Shown in pieces: positions 8,046 to 17,282 of a stretch of 35,057 nucleotides of DNA. Location: contig CAZSKP010000044.1 of assembly GCA_964607485.1 (NCBI GenBank), positions 1-35,057 of the forward strand, written 5' to 3'. How positions within the stretch are numbered: the stretch's first letter is position 1; every line of letters starts with the position of its first letter. The notes under the pieces are model-generated. The model did not search any database, had not been told where the DNA came from, and saw only the letters and a program-made list of their open reading frames with translations. The position numbers and the translations under genes are program-made. This DNA comes from an uncultured bacterium. GTDB lineage: Bacteria; Abyssobacteria; SURF-5.

Positions 8046-9158
8046 ATGGCAGCGATAGACTCGGTTCTCATAATGGCAAAGGAAAAGAAGGCCTCCGATG
8101 TCCACCTGTGTTCGAAATCGGTCCCCATGGTCCGTCTGTTCGGGAACATCGTCAAGCTTGAGGGATACGAGGTTCGCGAGCCCGAACAGAACGAACGCGA
8201 ACTTCTTGAAATCATGAATGAGAACCAACTGCAGGAGTTCGACCGCTACAAGGAGATCGACTTCTCCTATGCGATACAGAGAGTCGGTCGCTTTAGGGTG
8301 AATATTCACCAGGAGGAACGTGGCGTCAGCGGTTCCTTCCGAATCATACCCAGCGAGATTCGGACCGCCGACAGCATCGGCCTGCCGGAAGTGGTCAAGG
8401 AGATTACCAGGCGCGAGCAGGGCCTTTTCCTCGTGACCGGCCCGTCCGGCTGCGGCAAATCCACCACTCTTGCGGCCCTCGTGGACATGATAAACCATGA
8501 GCGCGCCTGTCACATCATCACGATTGAGGACCCGATAGAGTTTCAGTACGAAAACAACATGGCGTACATCGACCAGCGGGAGGTGGGCACGCACACGAAA
8601 AGCTTTGCGTCTGCGCTGCGCTCGGTGGTTCGTGAAAATCCGGATGTGATCGTAGTGGGCGAGATGCGCGACCTCGAAACGATATCACTGGCGGTTTCCG
8701 CCGCCGAGACGGGTCACCTCGTGTTCAGCACGCTCCACACCAGGGGCGCGGCGAAGACGATAGAGCGCGTTGTCAACGTGTTTCCGCCCGAACAGCAGTT
8801 CATGATGCGGACCATGATCGGCGAGTCGCTCGTGGGAGTGCTCTCCCAGCAGTTGATGCGCAACGTGAACGGCGACGGCATGACCCTCGCCATCGAGGTG
8901 ATGATCAATACGTCGGCGGTGGCCAGCCTCATCCGTCATGGGGACACATATCGAATTCCCTCGACGATGCAAACCGGCAAGAAATTCGGAATGCAGCTCA
9001 TGGATGAACACATCATCGAGCTCCTCAGGGCGAACAAGATAGACCCGAAGGTGGCTCAGGTGAAGATTGAGGACAAAGGATTGCTTCGAGAATTCCTCCT
9101 TGAACAGCAGAAGGCGGAGGGCAAACTCAAGAAGGAACGGGCCAGGCACAAAGCCTGA
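8046..9158 (+). CDS. pilT: PilT/PilU family ATPase, copy 3 (type A')
   Basis: ASDVH, GPSGCGKSTT, TIEDPIE, RENPDVIVVGEMRD, AETGHLVFSTLHT. RBS GGAG upstream. Confidence 0.93.
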   Translation: MAAIDSVLIMAKEKKASDVHLCSKSVPMVRLFGNIVKLEGYEVREPEQNERELLEIMNENQLQEFDRYKEIDFSYAIQRVGRFRVNIHQEERGVSGSFRIIPSEIRTADSIGLPEVVKEITRREQGLFLVTGPSGCGKSTTLAALVDMINHERACHIITIEDPIEFQYENNMAYIDQREVGTHTKSFASALRSVVRENPDVIVVGEMRDLETISLAVSAAETGHLVFSTLHTRGAAKTIERVVNVFPPEQQFMMRTMIGESLVGVLSQQLMRNVNGDGMTLAIEVMINTSAVASLIRHGDTYRIPSTMQTGKKFGMQLMDEHIIELLRANKIDPKVAQVKIEDKGLLREFLLEQQKAEGKLKKERARHKA

Positions 9159-9171
9159 GGCGGGATTTCAA

Positions 9172-10227
9172 TTGGCCGAGATAGATAGATTCCTGGAATT
9201 TCTGGTGGAACACGACGGCTCCGACCTGATGATAATGTCGGGCTCGAGGGCCGTGGTGAGAATACACGGAGAGTTGAGGCCGATTACCTTCGGGTCCAAC
9301 TCCGACGTGCTCACCGACTCCGTTGTGAGACCGCTGGTGTACGAGATATTGTCGAACAGACAGATCAAGATTCTTGAGGAAGAGGGCGAGCTTGACCTTG
9401 CATACGAGCTGCCTGGAGTGTCGCGGTTCAGGAGCAACGTGTACATGCAGTCGCACGGAATCGCGGTTGCGTTCCGGGCGATTCCCTCTAAGATCAGGAC
9501 GCTTGAAGAACTCGGATTCCCCCCGGGTGTGAAAAAGCTTGCCTCGATGCAGCGAGGCTTTGTGCTCGTGTGCGGACCGTCAGGCTGCGGAAAGACGACG
9601 ACGCTCGCGTCGATGGTGGACTATATCAACAAGACGCGCCAGTGTCACATAATAACCATCGAGGAGCCGATAGAATATCTTCATACGAACATAAAGAGCA
9701 TAATCACCCAACGACAGGTGGGACCTCATACGGAAAGCTTTTCCTCGGCGCTCAGAGTCTCCGTTCGCCAAGACCCCGACGTGATCATGGTCGGCGAGAT
9801 GCGCGACCTGGAAACCATCTCGACCGCACTCACCACGGCCGAGACCGGAGCGCTCGTCTTCGGCACGCTGCACACCGACAACGCCGCAAAGACGATAAAC
9901 CGAATCATCAACGTGTTCCCCTTCGAACAGCGCAACCAGGTGCGTACCCTCCTTTCCGAAACGCTGACGGGCGTGGTCGCTCAGCAACTGCTCACCCGCG
10001 CCGACGGGTCCGGCATGGTGGCTGTGGCCGAGATTCTCATGGGGATTCCCGCAATCTCCAACGCGATACGTGAGGGCAAAATAGAGCAGATGATCTCCAT
10101 CATGGAAACGGGGCGAAGACACGGAATGCAGATACTCGACGAGCATCTGCTCGAACTCGTGCAGAGCTGTGTGATTACTCCCGAGGCGGCACGCAGGAAG
10201 GCCCGCAACAAGAGGTTGTTTGAGTAG
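9172..10227 (+). CDS. pilT: PilT family ATPase, copy 4 (type B')
   Basis: Start set at TTG 9172 by homology with copy 2 (same N-terminus LAEID, same 351-aa length). GPSGCGKTT, TIEEPIE, RQDPDVIMVGEMRD, AETGALVFGTLHT, AISNAIRE. Confidence 0.92.
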   Translation: MAEIDRFLEFLVEHDGSDLMIMSGSRAVVRIHGELRPITFGSNSDVLTDSVVRPLVYEILSNRQIKILEEEGELDLAYELPGVSRFRSNVYMQSHGIAVAFRAIPSKIRTLEELGFPPGVKKLASMQRGFVLVCGPSGCGKTTTLASMVDYINKTRQCHIITIEEPIEYLHTNIKSIITQRQVGPHTESFSSALRVSVRQDPDVIMVGEMRDLETISTALTTAETGALVFGTLHTDNAAKTINRIINVFPFEQRNQVRTLLSETLTGVVAQQLLTRADGSGMVAVAEILMGIPAISNAIREGKIEQMISIMETGRRHGMQILDEHLLELVQSCVITPEAARRKARNKRLFE

Positions 10228-10265
10228 CGCATTGGAACATTCGGATAGCGACGTTCCCCGGGAAC

Positions 10266-11969
10266 ATGGATAGCAGAGGGCTGTTTCGGTCGAAGCGATT
10301 CAAGTCGAATAGGATTGCAGAGGGAATCTGCTGCGCGGCACTCTCGATCTTCGTTTTTGTTGCTTATCGGGATTGTCTGTCCCTCTACGAAACGGGGGAC
10401 TCCGTCGCTTGGCTTCATCGATACCGGTTTCACATCGTCGGTCTCCTCACGCACGGCAGCAGCCCGTTTCACTATCATCCGCTCTCCCTCTTGTGGTACG
10501 GGCTTCCCACATCTTTTTTCGGATTTCATCCTTTTTGGACTCATCTGCAGTCGCTCGCTCTCCACGCGGCAAACGCCGTCATGGTATTCCTGCTGGCTCG
10601 TTTTTTTGTCGGAAAAACGCTGTATGCCTTCGCGGCGGCTGTCCTGTTCGCCACCGGCATCTATGTGGCCGAGACCGTCTTCTGGGGAGGCGGATTCCCG
10701 AACCTTGCAATGACGTTTCTGTTTCTGCTCTGCTTCTTCCTTTTTCGCTCGCATCTCATCAGCGGCTCCCTCTGGACGTTGGGATTGTTCAACGTGCTGT
10801 TTGTTCTTTCACTGTTTGTGTTTCCCACGGCGGTCAATTTCCTCGCAGTCTTTCTTCTCTATGCATTGTGCGACCCTGAAAGACTTTTCGGGAAAAGCGG
10901 GCGTGGGAAAGTCGGGAGCAACGTTTCCCTTATGCTCCGAGCGCTCGCCGCGCCGGCGGTGAGCGTAGTGGTGTTCTTGCTCATCCGTTCATTTTTCGTT
11001 GAAGCGCTCACCTACAACTCTCTAGCCTTCTTCAATCCCGCGGTGGCAAAGGGATTGGCGTCTCGGATGTTTCATGCGTTGGAGTTTTTATTGATTCCTT
11101 CGCAGTTTCTGTTGGCCTTCATCCCTTCACGGCTTCTTGATGTGCAGGGAGTGTATTTCGGCACGAAGCTCATATTCATTCTGGCCGTGCTCGGGGTCAT
11201 GCTATTCAAGATGACCCCCGGAGACGGGTTCCTCGTTTTGTGGCTTCTTTCTCAGGTGTTTCTCGTCTCGCTCGAGACCGACGCCGGGAGCCGCCATCTC
11301 TATTCCGTGTCGGTCGGGGCATCCATCTTGTTGGTGGTGTGCTTGGGGAAGGTAGTCGAAGCCGTTCTGACCTTCGCAGGTACGATTGGCGAGGCACGGC
11401 TTCGGTTGCCGGACGTGCTTTCGAAGACGGGAAAGAGGGGCGCTGCCGCCTTGTTGTTGTGTTTCGGGCTTTTTGTTCCCGTGAAAAACAACTTGACGAA
11501 CGTCGGTTACTTCATGCTCACTTATGAGGAAGCCTCGCGGATCGCGCGATCATCAGTCGAGCATGTGAGGTCGGTCTGTACAAATCCGGCTCCGGAAGGC
11601 GTCACGCTTCTCATCAACATGCCAACCGCCGTCATTCGGGCGGGAAGCGTGCCGTCTTTTGTTCTGCCGGGTGATTCCTTGCTCTCTCTGCTTGACCTGG
11701 AAACCGGGACGCCTGTGTGGAAGGAGAGAAGCGTCATCGGGACGTGTCGCGAATTGTACGTAGAACCCCGGACTGACTGGCGATTCTATAATTACTTGAC
11801 TGTGCCGAAGCACAGGGGTGAGGTTCGAAATTTTTCCGTCCGCGAGCTGGCCATGTTTGCCGAGCAGTCGAATAGGGTATTGGTTTTCGACTATCAGGCC
11901 GAGCTTCCACGCAAAGCGAGCACCGAATGGCTTCTCGACAGGGCGGAGGCCGATCCATCCCGAGGGTGA
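10266..11969 (+). CDS. polytopic membrane protein, GT-C (ArnT/PMT/TMTC-like) glycosyltransferase-like
   Basis: Many TM segments. N-terminal loop GD...YHPL...FG..PF..HLQSLALHAANA resembles GT-C proteins; late RHLY motif; soluble C-terminal tail. Confidence 0.6.
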   Translation: MDSRGLFRSKRFKSNRIAEGICCAALSIFVFVAYRDCLSLYETGDSVAWLHRYRFHIVGLLTHGSSPFHYHPLSLLWYGLPTSFFGFHPFWTHLQSLALHAANAVMVFLLARFFVGKTLYAFAAAVLFATGIYVAETVFWGGGFPNLAMTFLFLLCFFLFRSHLISGSLWTLGLFNVLFVLSLFVFPTAVNFLAVFLLYALCDPERLFGKSGRGKVGSNVSLMLRALAAPAVSVVVFLLIRSFFVEALTYNSLAFFNPAVAKGLASRMFHALEFLLIPSQFLLAFIPSRLLDVQGVYFGTKLIFILAVLGVMLFKMTPGDGFLVLWLLSQVFLVSLETDAGSRHLYSVSVGASILLVVCLGKVVEAVLTFAGTIGEARLRLPDVLSKTGKRGAAALLLCFGLFVPVKNNLTNVGYFMLTYEEASRIARSSVEHVRSVCTNPAPEGVTLLINMPTAVIRAGSVPSFVLPGDSLLSLLDLETGTPVWKERSVIGTCRELYVEPRTDWRFYNYLTVPKHRGEVRNFSVRELAMFAEQSNRVLVFDYQAELPRKASTEWLLDRAEADPSRG

Positions 11970-12008
11970 CACCACCGAGGTACCGACGGAAGGGCAGGGA
12001 ACGTTCCG

Positions 12009-12065
12009 GGTTTACGGTTTGCAGTTTACGGTTTAGAAGCCGGGAACCGTCAACCGTCAACCGTC
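12009..12065. repeat. facing heptamer tandem repeats forming an imperfect hairpin between convergent genes
   Basis: (GGTTTAC-like)x4 at 12009-12036 and (AACCGTC)x3 at 12045-12065. The units are near reverse complements. Confidence 0.7.
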
Positions 12066-13226
12066 TCAGAACTGCCGCAGTAGCTGCTTGGCAATGACTA
12101 TCCGCTGAATCTGCGAAGTGCCCTCACCGATCTCCAACAGCTTCGCGTCGCGCATGTAGCGCTCGACGTGGAACTCCGACGTGTATCCGTATCCGCCCAA
12201 TATCTGAACCGCGTTTGTGCTCGCACGCATGGCCGTCTCCGAGGCGAAGAGCTTCGCTTCTGCGGCTTCTTTCGTGACGGATTCGCCTCTGTCCTTCATC
12301 AGCGCCGCCCTGTGAACAAGCAGTCTGGCCGCGTCTATCTGGGTCGCCATGTCGGCGAGAAGCCATTGAATGGCCTGAAACTGGGCGATCGGCTTGCCGA
12401 ACTGCTCGCGTTCTTTTGCGTACGTGATGCTGTCCTCGAGCGCGCCCCGTGCGATGCCGACGGCGAGCGCGCCGATGCCGATGCGGCCGTTTGTGAGCAC
12501 CTTCAGCGTGTCGGCAAACCCCTCGCCCTCCGTTCCCAGAAGACACTCCCGGGGCAGACGCAGGTCCTCAAGGGCGATTTCCGCCGTGTCGCTGGCATGC
12601 ATGCCGAGCTTGTTCAGAATCTTACGGGCGGAGTATCCGGGGGTCGGCGACCCGCCTTTACGTGTCTCGACGACGAAGGCGGAGATGGGCCTCTTCCCGT
12701 TGCCCTTTCCCGTCGCCGCCATGATAACGCAGATGTCTGCGACGGTACCCTGCGTGATGAACATTTTCGAGCCGTTCAGCACCCATTCGTCTCCGTCCAG
12801 ACGGGCGGTCGTCCTCATCGAAGCAGCATCGCTCCCGGAGCCGGGTTCGGTGAGCCCCCACGCTCCCAGCTTCTCGCCGCGCGCGAGCGGCGCGACGTAT
12901 CGCTGCTTCTGCTCTTCATCGGCCGCCACCATGAGATGTCCCAGGCAGAGCGAGTTCTGGGCGGCCATGTTCAACGCGACCGAAGCGTCCCATCGCGCTA
13001 TCTCTTCCATAACCATGGTGTAAGCCAACACACCCAGTTCGGCGCCGCCGTATTGCTCCGGAACCAGCATGCCCATGAAGCCCAGCGGACCAAGCTTCTT
13101 CATTATCTCCATGGGATATTCGCGATTGGCGTCGCGCTTGATGGCCTTCGGAGCGAGTTCCTTCAGCGCGAACTCACGGGAGGTCTGCTGAAGAATTCTC
13201 AATTCTTCTGTCAGTTCGAAGTCCAC
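12066..13226 (-). CDS. acyl-CoA dehydrogenase (short/branched-chain type)
   Basis: GLTEPGSGSDA, LNGSKMFIT, KLGM, GRIGIGA, REQFGKPI, QILGGYGY, RDAK..EIGEGTSQIQR. RBS GGAG before the GTG start. Confidence 0.96.
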   Translation of the reverse strand: MDFELTEELRILQQTSREFALKELAPKAIKRDANREYPMEIMKKLGPLGFMGMLVPEQYGGAELGVLAYTMVMEEIARWDASVALNMAAQNSLCLGHLMVAADEEQKQRYVAPLARGEKLGAWGLTEPGSGSDAASMRTTARLDGDEWVLNGSKMFITQGTVADICVIMAATGKGNGKRPISAFVVETRKGGSPTPGYSARKILNKLGMHASDTAEIALEDLRLPRECLLGTEGEGFADTLKVLTNGRIGIGALAVGIARGALEDSITYAKEREQFGKPIAQFQAIQWLLADMATQIDAARLLVHRAALMKDRGESVTKEAAEAKLFASETAMRASTNAVQILGGYGYTSEFHVERYMRDAKLLEIGEGTSQIQRIVIAKQLLRQF

Positions 13227-13337
13227 TGTCCTCTCCTTGAATCATTCGCCTTTTGGTGTGAGGGGGTTTCAAAACGGTCCGAATCGCAAGGGGTGAGATG
13301 TCCTTCGGACCGTGGAACAACCGGCAGTTACGGCAAG

Positions 13338-13378
13338 AGCTTACCAGAAAAAGGGTCGGGCTGTCAATTGAGCCCGAC
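13338..13378 (-). promoter_or_regulatory. promoter of the acyl-CoA dehydrogenase gene overlapped by an 8-bp inverted repeat
   Basis: On the minus strand: TTGACA (13367-13362), 18 nt, TG-g-TAAGCT (13343-13338). The inverted repeat GTCGGGCT (13355-13362)/AGCCCGAC (13371-13378) straddles the -35. Confidence 0.5.
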
Positions 13379-13450
13379 GTACGCCGCCGCACTTGTGTTT
13401 CCCGTTGCTCCGATGGTATTCTTAAACGTGTCTGATGGTTAGTCTTCGAT

Positions 13451-13560
13451 GGGGACCGTCCCAAGAATTACGGGCCGAGCCCGTCGAGACCGTAGATTCG
13501 GGACTGTCCCCAGAGCAACCTTGTGGTCAAACCAATCATTGAACATTCTCACTGTCCCCA
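13451..13560. repeat. cluster of short palindromic GGGAC(C/T)GTCCC REP-like motifs
   Basis: GGGGACCGTCCC (13451-13462), GGGACTGTCCCC (13500-13511) and partial ACTGTCCCC (13551-13559), spaced about 50 nt apart. Confidence 0.55.
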
Positions 13561-13581
13561 GACCCCGCTTTGGGTTTTAGT

Positions 13582-14229
13582 ATGAAACCAATAATTGTGC
13601 TCGGAATCGACCTGGCCGGCTCGCCGAAACGGCCTACGGGCATCTGTCGTTTGACGGGACTGACCGCAAGCACGCGCGAGGTTTTCTCAGATGAGGAAAT
13701 CCTCGAGAGCGCGGCTCCGGACGTCCGGCTTGTGGCCATCGACGCTCCGCTGAGCCTGCCGCGCGGCCGCTGCTGCCTGCGTGACGATTGCGATTGCGCC
13801 GGCAGGGCACACTTCAGGGAGTGCGACACCGAGCTTCGCACGCTCGGGATCAGGTTCTTCCCGATAACGCTCGGCCCGATGCGCATGCTCACCCGGCGGG
13901 GGATGCAGCTTAAGGATGAGTTCGAGAAAAGAGGCTTCGAGGTGGTCGAGACCTTTCCCGGCGGCGCGCAGGACATCTGGGGGATGCCCCGGCAGAAAAA
14001 CCCGGCGGGCCTTCGGCGCTCGCTGAGAGAGTTCGGCGTGAAGGGCGACATCCGCAAGCGCGGCATCTCGGTGCACGAGCTCGACGCAATCACGTGCGCG
14101 CTCGCGGCGAGATGCTACATCCAGCGGAACTTTCTCGCCACCGGCGACCCGACTGAAGGTCAGATAATCCTTCCCCGGCCCAAAAAGAAATCACGCCCGA
14201 CACGAACAAAGACGAACCACACGAAATGA
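13582..14229 (+). CDS. DUF429 family protein (predicted RNase H-fold nuclease)
   Basis: Motifs GIDLAG, VAIDAPLSLP, RECD..L, VVETFP and HELDA..CA. Confidence 0.85.
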   Translation: MKPIIVLGIDLAGSPKRPTGICRLTGLTASTREVFSDEEILESAAPDVRLVAIDAPLSLPRGRCCLRDDCDCAGRAHFRECDTELRTLGIRFFPITLGPMRMLTRRGMQLKDEFEKRGFEVVETFPGGAQDIWGMPRQKNPAGLRRSLREFGVKGDIRKRGISVHELDAITCALAARCYIQRNFLATGDPTEGQIILPRPKKKSRPTRTKTNHTK

Positions 14230-14234
14230 TGGCA

Positions 14235-14657
14235 CTAAACGCGCCTAGGGATTCTGTTTCCGAGAAAGCCCCAGAGCCCCCCGCTGGCAAAGCCCAGAAG
14301 GAAATATATCAGAAGGTAGGGCAGAATAACGATGAACCAATAGGTTCTCTCCAACTCCGCCTTCTCAAAGACTATGAAATGCAATACACAGACTGCTGAT
14401 GACAAGAGAGCAAAAAATAATCCAACCTTAAGAAATGCATGCTTGCCCCACGACGGTCCCAGAAAGAGGCCGGGCAATCCTATTGCCAGAGTGATTAACA
14501 CGAATCTTGCCACAACCGCCAGTAGATGAGGAATCGTTCCGAAGATTTTGAAGCCGCCTTCTCTTAGCTGGTCTTCCATGATGGTGTTCATCGGATTAAG
14601 AAAATAGCAGAGAAGAAGGAAGAGAATCCCGATACACGGCACCTTCAAGCGGCTCAT
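14235..14657 (-). CDS. hypothetical small membrane protein (about 4 TM)
   Basis: Hydrophobic ORF, visibly more AT-rich than its neighbours. ATG 14657 is preceded by AGGGAAA; a TTGACA-17-TATACA promoter-like site lies at 14812-14784. Confidence 0.6.
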   Translation of the reverse strand: MSRLKVPCIGILFLLLCYFLNPMNTIMEDQLREGGFKIFGTIPHLLAVVARFVLITLAIGLPGLFLGPSWGKHAFLKVGLFFALLSSAVCVLHFIVFEKAELERTYWFIVILPYLLIYFLLGFASGGLWGFLGNRIPRRV

Positions 14658-14978
14658 TTTCCCTGATTTCCTTCCCGGGCCCACTCTTTTGTCTCTCGAA
14701 CGCAGTTACATCCGGGCCGACAAATCTGACCGACCCTTGCCTTCATAGACGGGCGGCGAAGGCAAAATTTAAACGACAGTGTATGTATATCACTTGATAA
14801 AATCATTGTCAAAGGGGGAGATCTTCGCCGGAATGCGTCATCCACAAGACCACTGCTTCGGAAGTTACGTGTTCTTTAAGCGAATGCAGGAATAGCGGCT
14901 CCGCCGAAGGGATGGTAACTTTATCTTTGGGAGACAATGCCATCGACTCGAACGGAAATCAAAAGAAAGGAGCCGGTC

Positions 14979-15755
14979 ATGAAATACTTGCTCTCGCTTC
15001 TCGTTGCTTTGATGTGGCCGATGAACGCGCAGGCAGACCTGCACAAGGAAGTCGTTGAGTACAAACACGGCGACACCGTGCTGGAGGGCTACCTGGCGTA
15101 CGACGACTCGACCAAGGGGAAGCGGCCCGGCGTGCTGATAATCCATCAGTGGATGGGGCTCGGGCCCTATGAGAAGATGCGCGCCGAGCAACTGGCGAGG
15201 CTCGGCTACGTCGCGTTCGCTGCGGACATGTACGGCAAAGGCGTCAGGCCGAAAGACCGGCAGGAGGCCGCCGCGCAGGCGGGCATATACAGGGCAGACC
15301 GCCAGCTCATGCGCGCTCGCGCCAACGCCGGATTGCAGGAGCTGAAGAGATGTGAGCTTGTTGACGCCAAGCGCATTGCGGCCATCGGATACTGCTTCGG
15401 CGGCGGCGCCGTGCTGGAGTTGGCTCGCAGTGGCGCCGACATCGCGGGCGTCGTGAGCTTCCACGGCAACCTCGACACACCCGACCCCTCCGACGCGAAA
15501 AATATCAAGGCGAAGGTTCTCGTGCTGCACGGCGGCGACGATCCCCACGTGCCGCAATCCCAGGTCATCGGCTTCTGGGATGAAATGCGCAACGCGGGCG
15601 TCGATTGGCAGATGGTGATATACGGCGGAGCGGTGCATGCTTTCACCGACCCCAGCGCTGGCGACGACCCTTCCACGGGAGTGGCGTACAACGAAAAGGC
15701 CGACAAGCGCTCGTGGGAGGCGATGAAGTCATTCTTCGCGGAGATATTCAGATAA
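14979..15755 (+). CDS. dienelactone hydrolase family protein with signal peptide
   Basis: GYCFGG nucleophile motif, SFHG, VLHGGDD, YGGAVHAFT. RBS AAGGAG; N-terminal signal ending AQA. Confidence 0.93.
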   Translation: MKYLLSLLVALMWPMNAQADLHKEVVEYKHGDTVLEGYLAYDDSTKGKRPGVLIIHQWMGLGPYEKMRAEQLARLGYVAFAADMYGKGVRPKDRQEAAAQAGIYRADRQLMRARANAGLQELKRCELVDAKRIAAIGYCFGGGAVLELARSGADIAGVVSFHGNLDTPDPSDAKNIKAKVLVLHGGDDPHVPQSQVIGFWDEMRNAGVDWQMVIYGGAVHAFTDPSAGDDPSTGVAYNEKADKRSWEAMKSFFAEIFR

Positions 15756-15787
15756 GGGCCGAGTTCACGACACGTCCCGCCGTCGAT

Positions 15788-16726
15788 TCAATGGAGGGAG
15801 TGTTCTTTTATCATTTTCTTGAACTCCTCGAGCAGGCGGGGGTTCAGCTTCTTGCCGGCCATCTCGTCCATGGTACGCAGCGCCTCGCCGAGTTCCTCGT
15901 GCTTGTGATAGACCCTGTCGTCGGTCAGGGCTGAAAATGTGTCCGCAATGGCCAGTATCTGCGCGCCGAGCGGTATCTCGTCGCCCTTGAGCGCATGCGG
16001 GTAACCCGTTCCATCGAAATTTTCGTGGTGTGCGCTCACAATGGACGCCACGGGCTCTATCCCTTTTATGGGAGCCAATATTTCTGCGGCAAAGGATGGA
16101 TGCTGTTGAATCATATCCCGCTCTTCGGCCGTCAGCTTGTCAGGCTTCAGCAAGATGTCGTCGCGAACTCCTATCTTCCCGACATCATGCATCAGGGCCG
16201 CGAGCCATATTTCCTCACGTTGCACTTCATCGAGGCCAAGCCTGCCGGCGAGGGCGAGCGCAAGGTCTGCCACCCGCTCACTGTGCTGGCGGGTGTAATC
16301 GTCGCGAACCTTAAGCGCCTGAGCGAGCGTGGCGACCGCGGTGACGATCGCCCGCCTCTGGCTGCGAGCCTCGGCCTTCTTCGCACGGATGCGGTCGCGC
16401 TTATCCATGCTCGACAGCAGGCCGGTGGCCAGGCCGACGAGAAGGAAAACCGCCATGACGCCTATCCGGTCGATCTTCTGGTCCATGCTGCCCGTCCACT
16501 GGAACGCCGCGTGGGGGAGATACAGCGCGATGGAAAGAAAAGCCGATATGAGGCCGCCCCAAAACCCGAACCAGTAGGCACAGAGGACAATCGGCACGAG
16601 GTAGAGCTTCTGGAAAATCACATGCACGAAGTAAATGCGAGGGTAGTCGGTCCGCGTGGTGTAATGGACCAGAGTGATAAGAAGAAAGGCGCACGCAAGA
16701 AGAATCACCCTGAAAGGGGCTTTCAT
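15788..16726 (-). CDS. membrane-anchored HD-GYP domain phosphodiesterase
   Basis: N-terminal TM helices; motifs HSERV, HDVGKIG, HHENFDGTGYP and IADTFSA. Confidence 0.92.
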   Translation of the reverse strand: MKAPFRVILLACAFLLITLVHYTTRTDYPRIYFVHVIFQKLYLVPIVLCAYWFGFWGGLISAFLSIALYLPHAAFQWTGSMDQKIDRIGVMAVFLLVGLATGLLSSMDKRDRIRAKKAEARSQRRAIVTAVATLAQALKVRDDYTRQHSERVADLALALAGRLGLDEVQREEIWLAALMHDVGKIGVRDDILLKPDKLTAEERDMIQQHPSFAAEILAPIKGIEPVASIVSAHHENFDGTGYPHALKGDEIPLGAQILAIADTFSALTDDRVYHKHEELGEALRTMDEMAGKKLNPRLLEEFKKMIKEHSLH

Positions 16727-16732
16727 CTTGGT

Positions 16733-17257
16733 TTAAGCCGTCCTTCCTTTCGCTTCTGAAAAGATTTTAATGATCGCTTCGACGGCCTTGTCCACGCTGT
16801 TTGCAGCGGTATCGATGATGTGGTCGGCGGCGGCCCGATATTTTGGAGCACGCTCGGCGAGTATCTCGGAAATTTCTTCGAGGAAGGATTTCGACCCGCT
16901 CAGTGAAGGGCGCTGGTCGTCGTGCTCGATTCGGCTGACGATGGTCTCTTCGTCGGCCACAAGCCAGAAGACGATTCCATTCTTCTTCAAGCTCCGGACG
17001 TTCTGCGGCCTGCCGATGACGCCGCCGCCCGTGTCGATTATCAGGCCGTCCCCGTCTTCGAGGTCCGCAGCGACCTGCGACTCCATGTCGCGGAAATGCT
17101 CCCAGCCGTGTTGTTCGACGATTTCGGGAATCGATTTGCCGGCGCGCTTGACGATCTCCTCGTCCATGCCGACGACCTGCATCGACAGGCGTCGGCCGAG
17201 TTCCCTGGCAATAACGGTCTTGCCGGTTCCGCGATAGCCTATCAGAACGATGTTCAC
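16733..17257 (-). CDS. aroK: shikimate kinase
   Basis: IGYRGTGKT, FRDME, DTGGGV, RPSL. Confidence 0.95.
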   Translation of the reverse strand: MNIVLIGYRGTGKTVIARELGRRLSMQVVGMDEEIVKRAGKSIPEIVEQHGWEHFRDMESQVAADLEDGDGLIIDTGGGVIGRPQNVRSLKKNGIVFWLVADEETIVSRIEHDDQRPSLSGSKSFLEEISEILAERAPKYRAAADHIIDTAANSVDKAVEAIIKIFSEAKGRTA

Positions 17258-17282
17258 GAAAAGCTCCCTCCCGGAAACGCCA

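Noticed and set aside
9067-9171. 35-aa N-terminal extension of pilT copy 4 in the ORF track
   Set aside because: It overlaps copy 3. TTG 9172 matches the start of copy 2 and gives an identical length.
13451-13560. Possible CRISPR array
   Set aside because: The repeats are only about 11 nt, there are 2-3 copies, and no cas genes are present.
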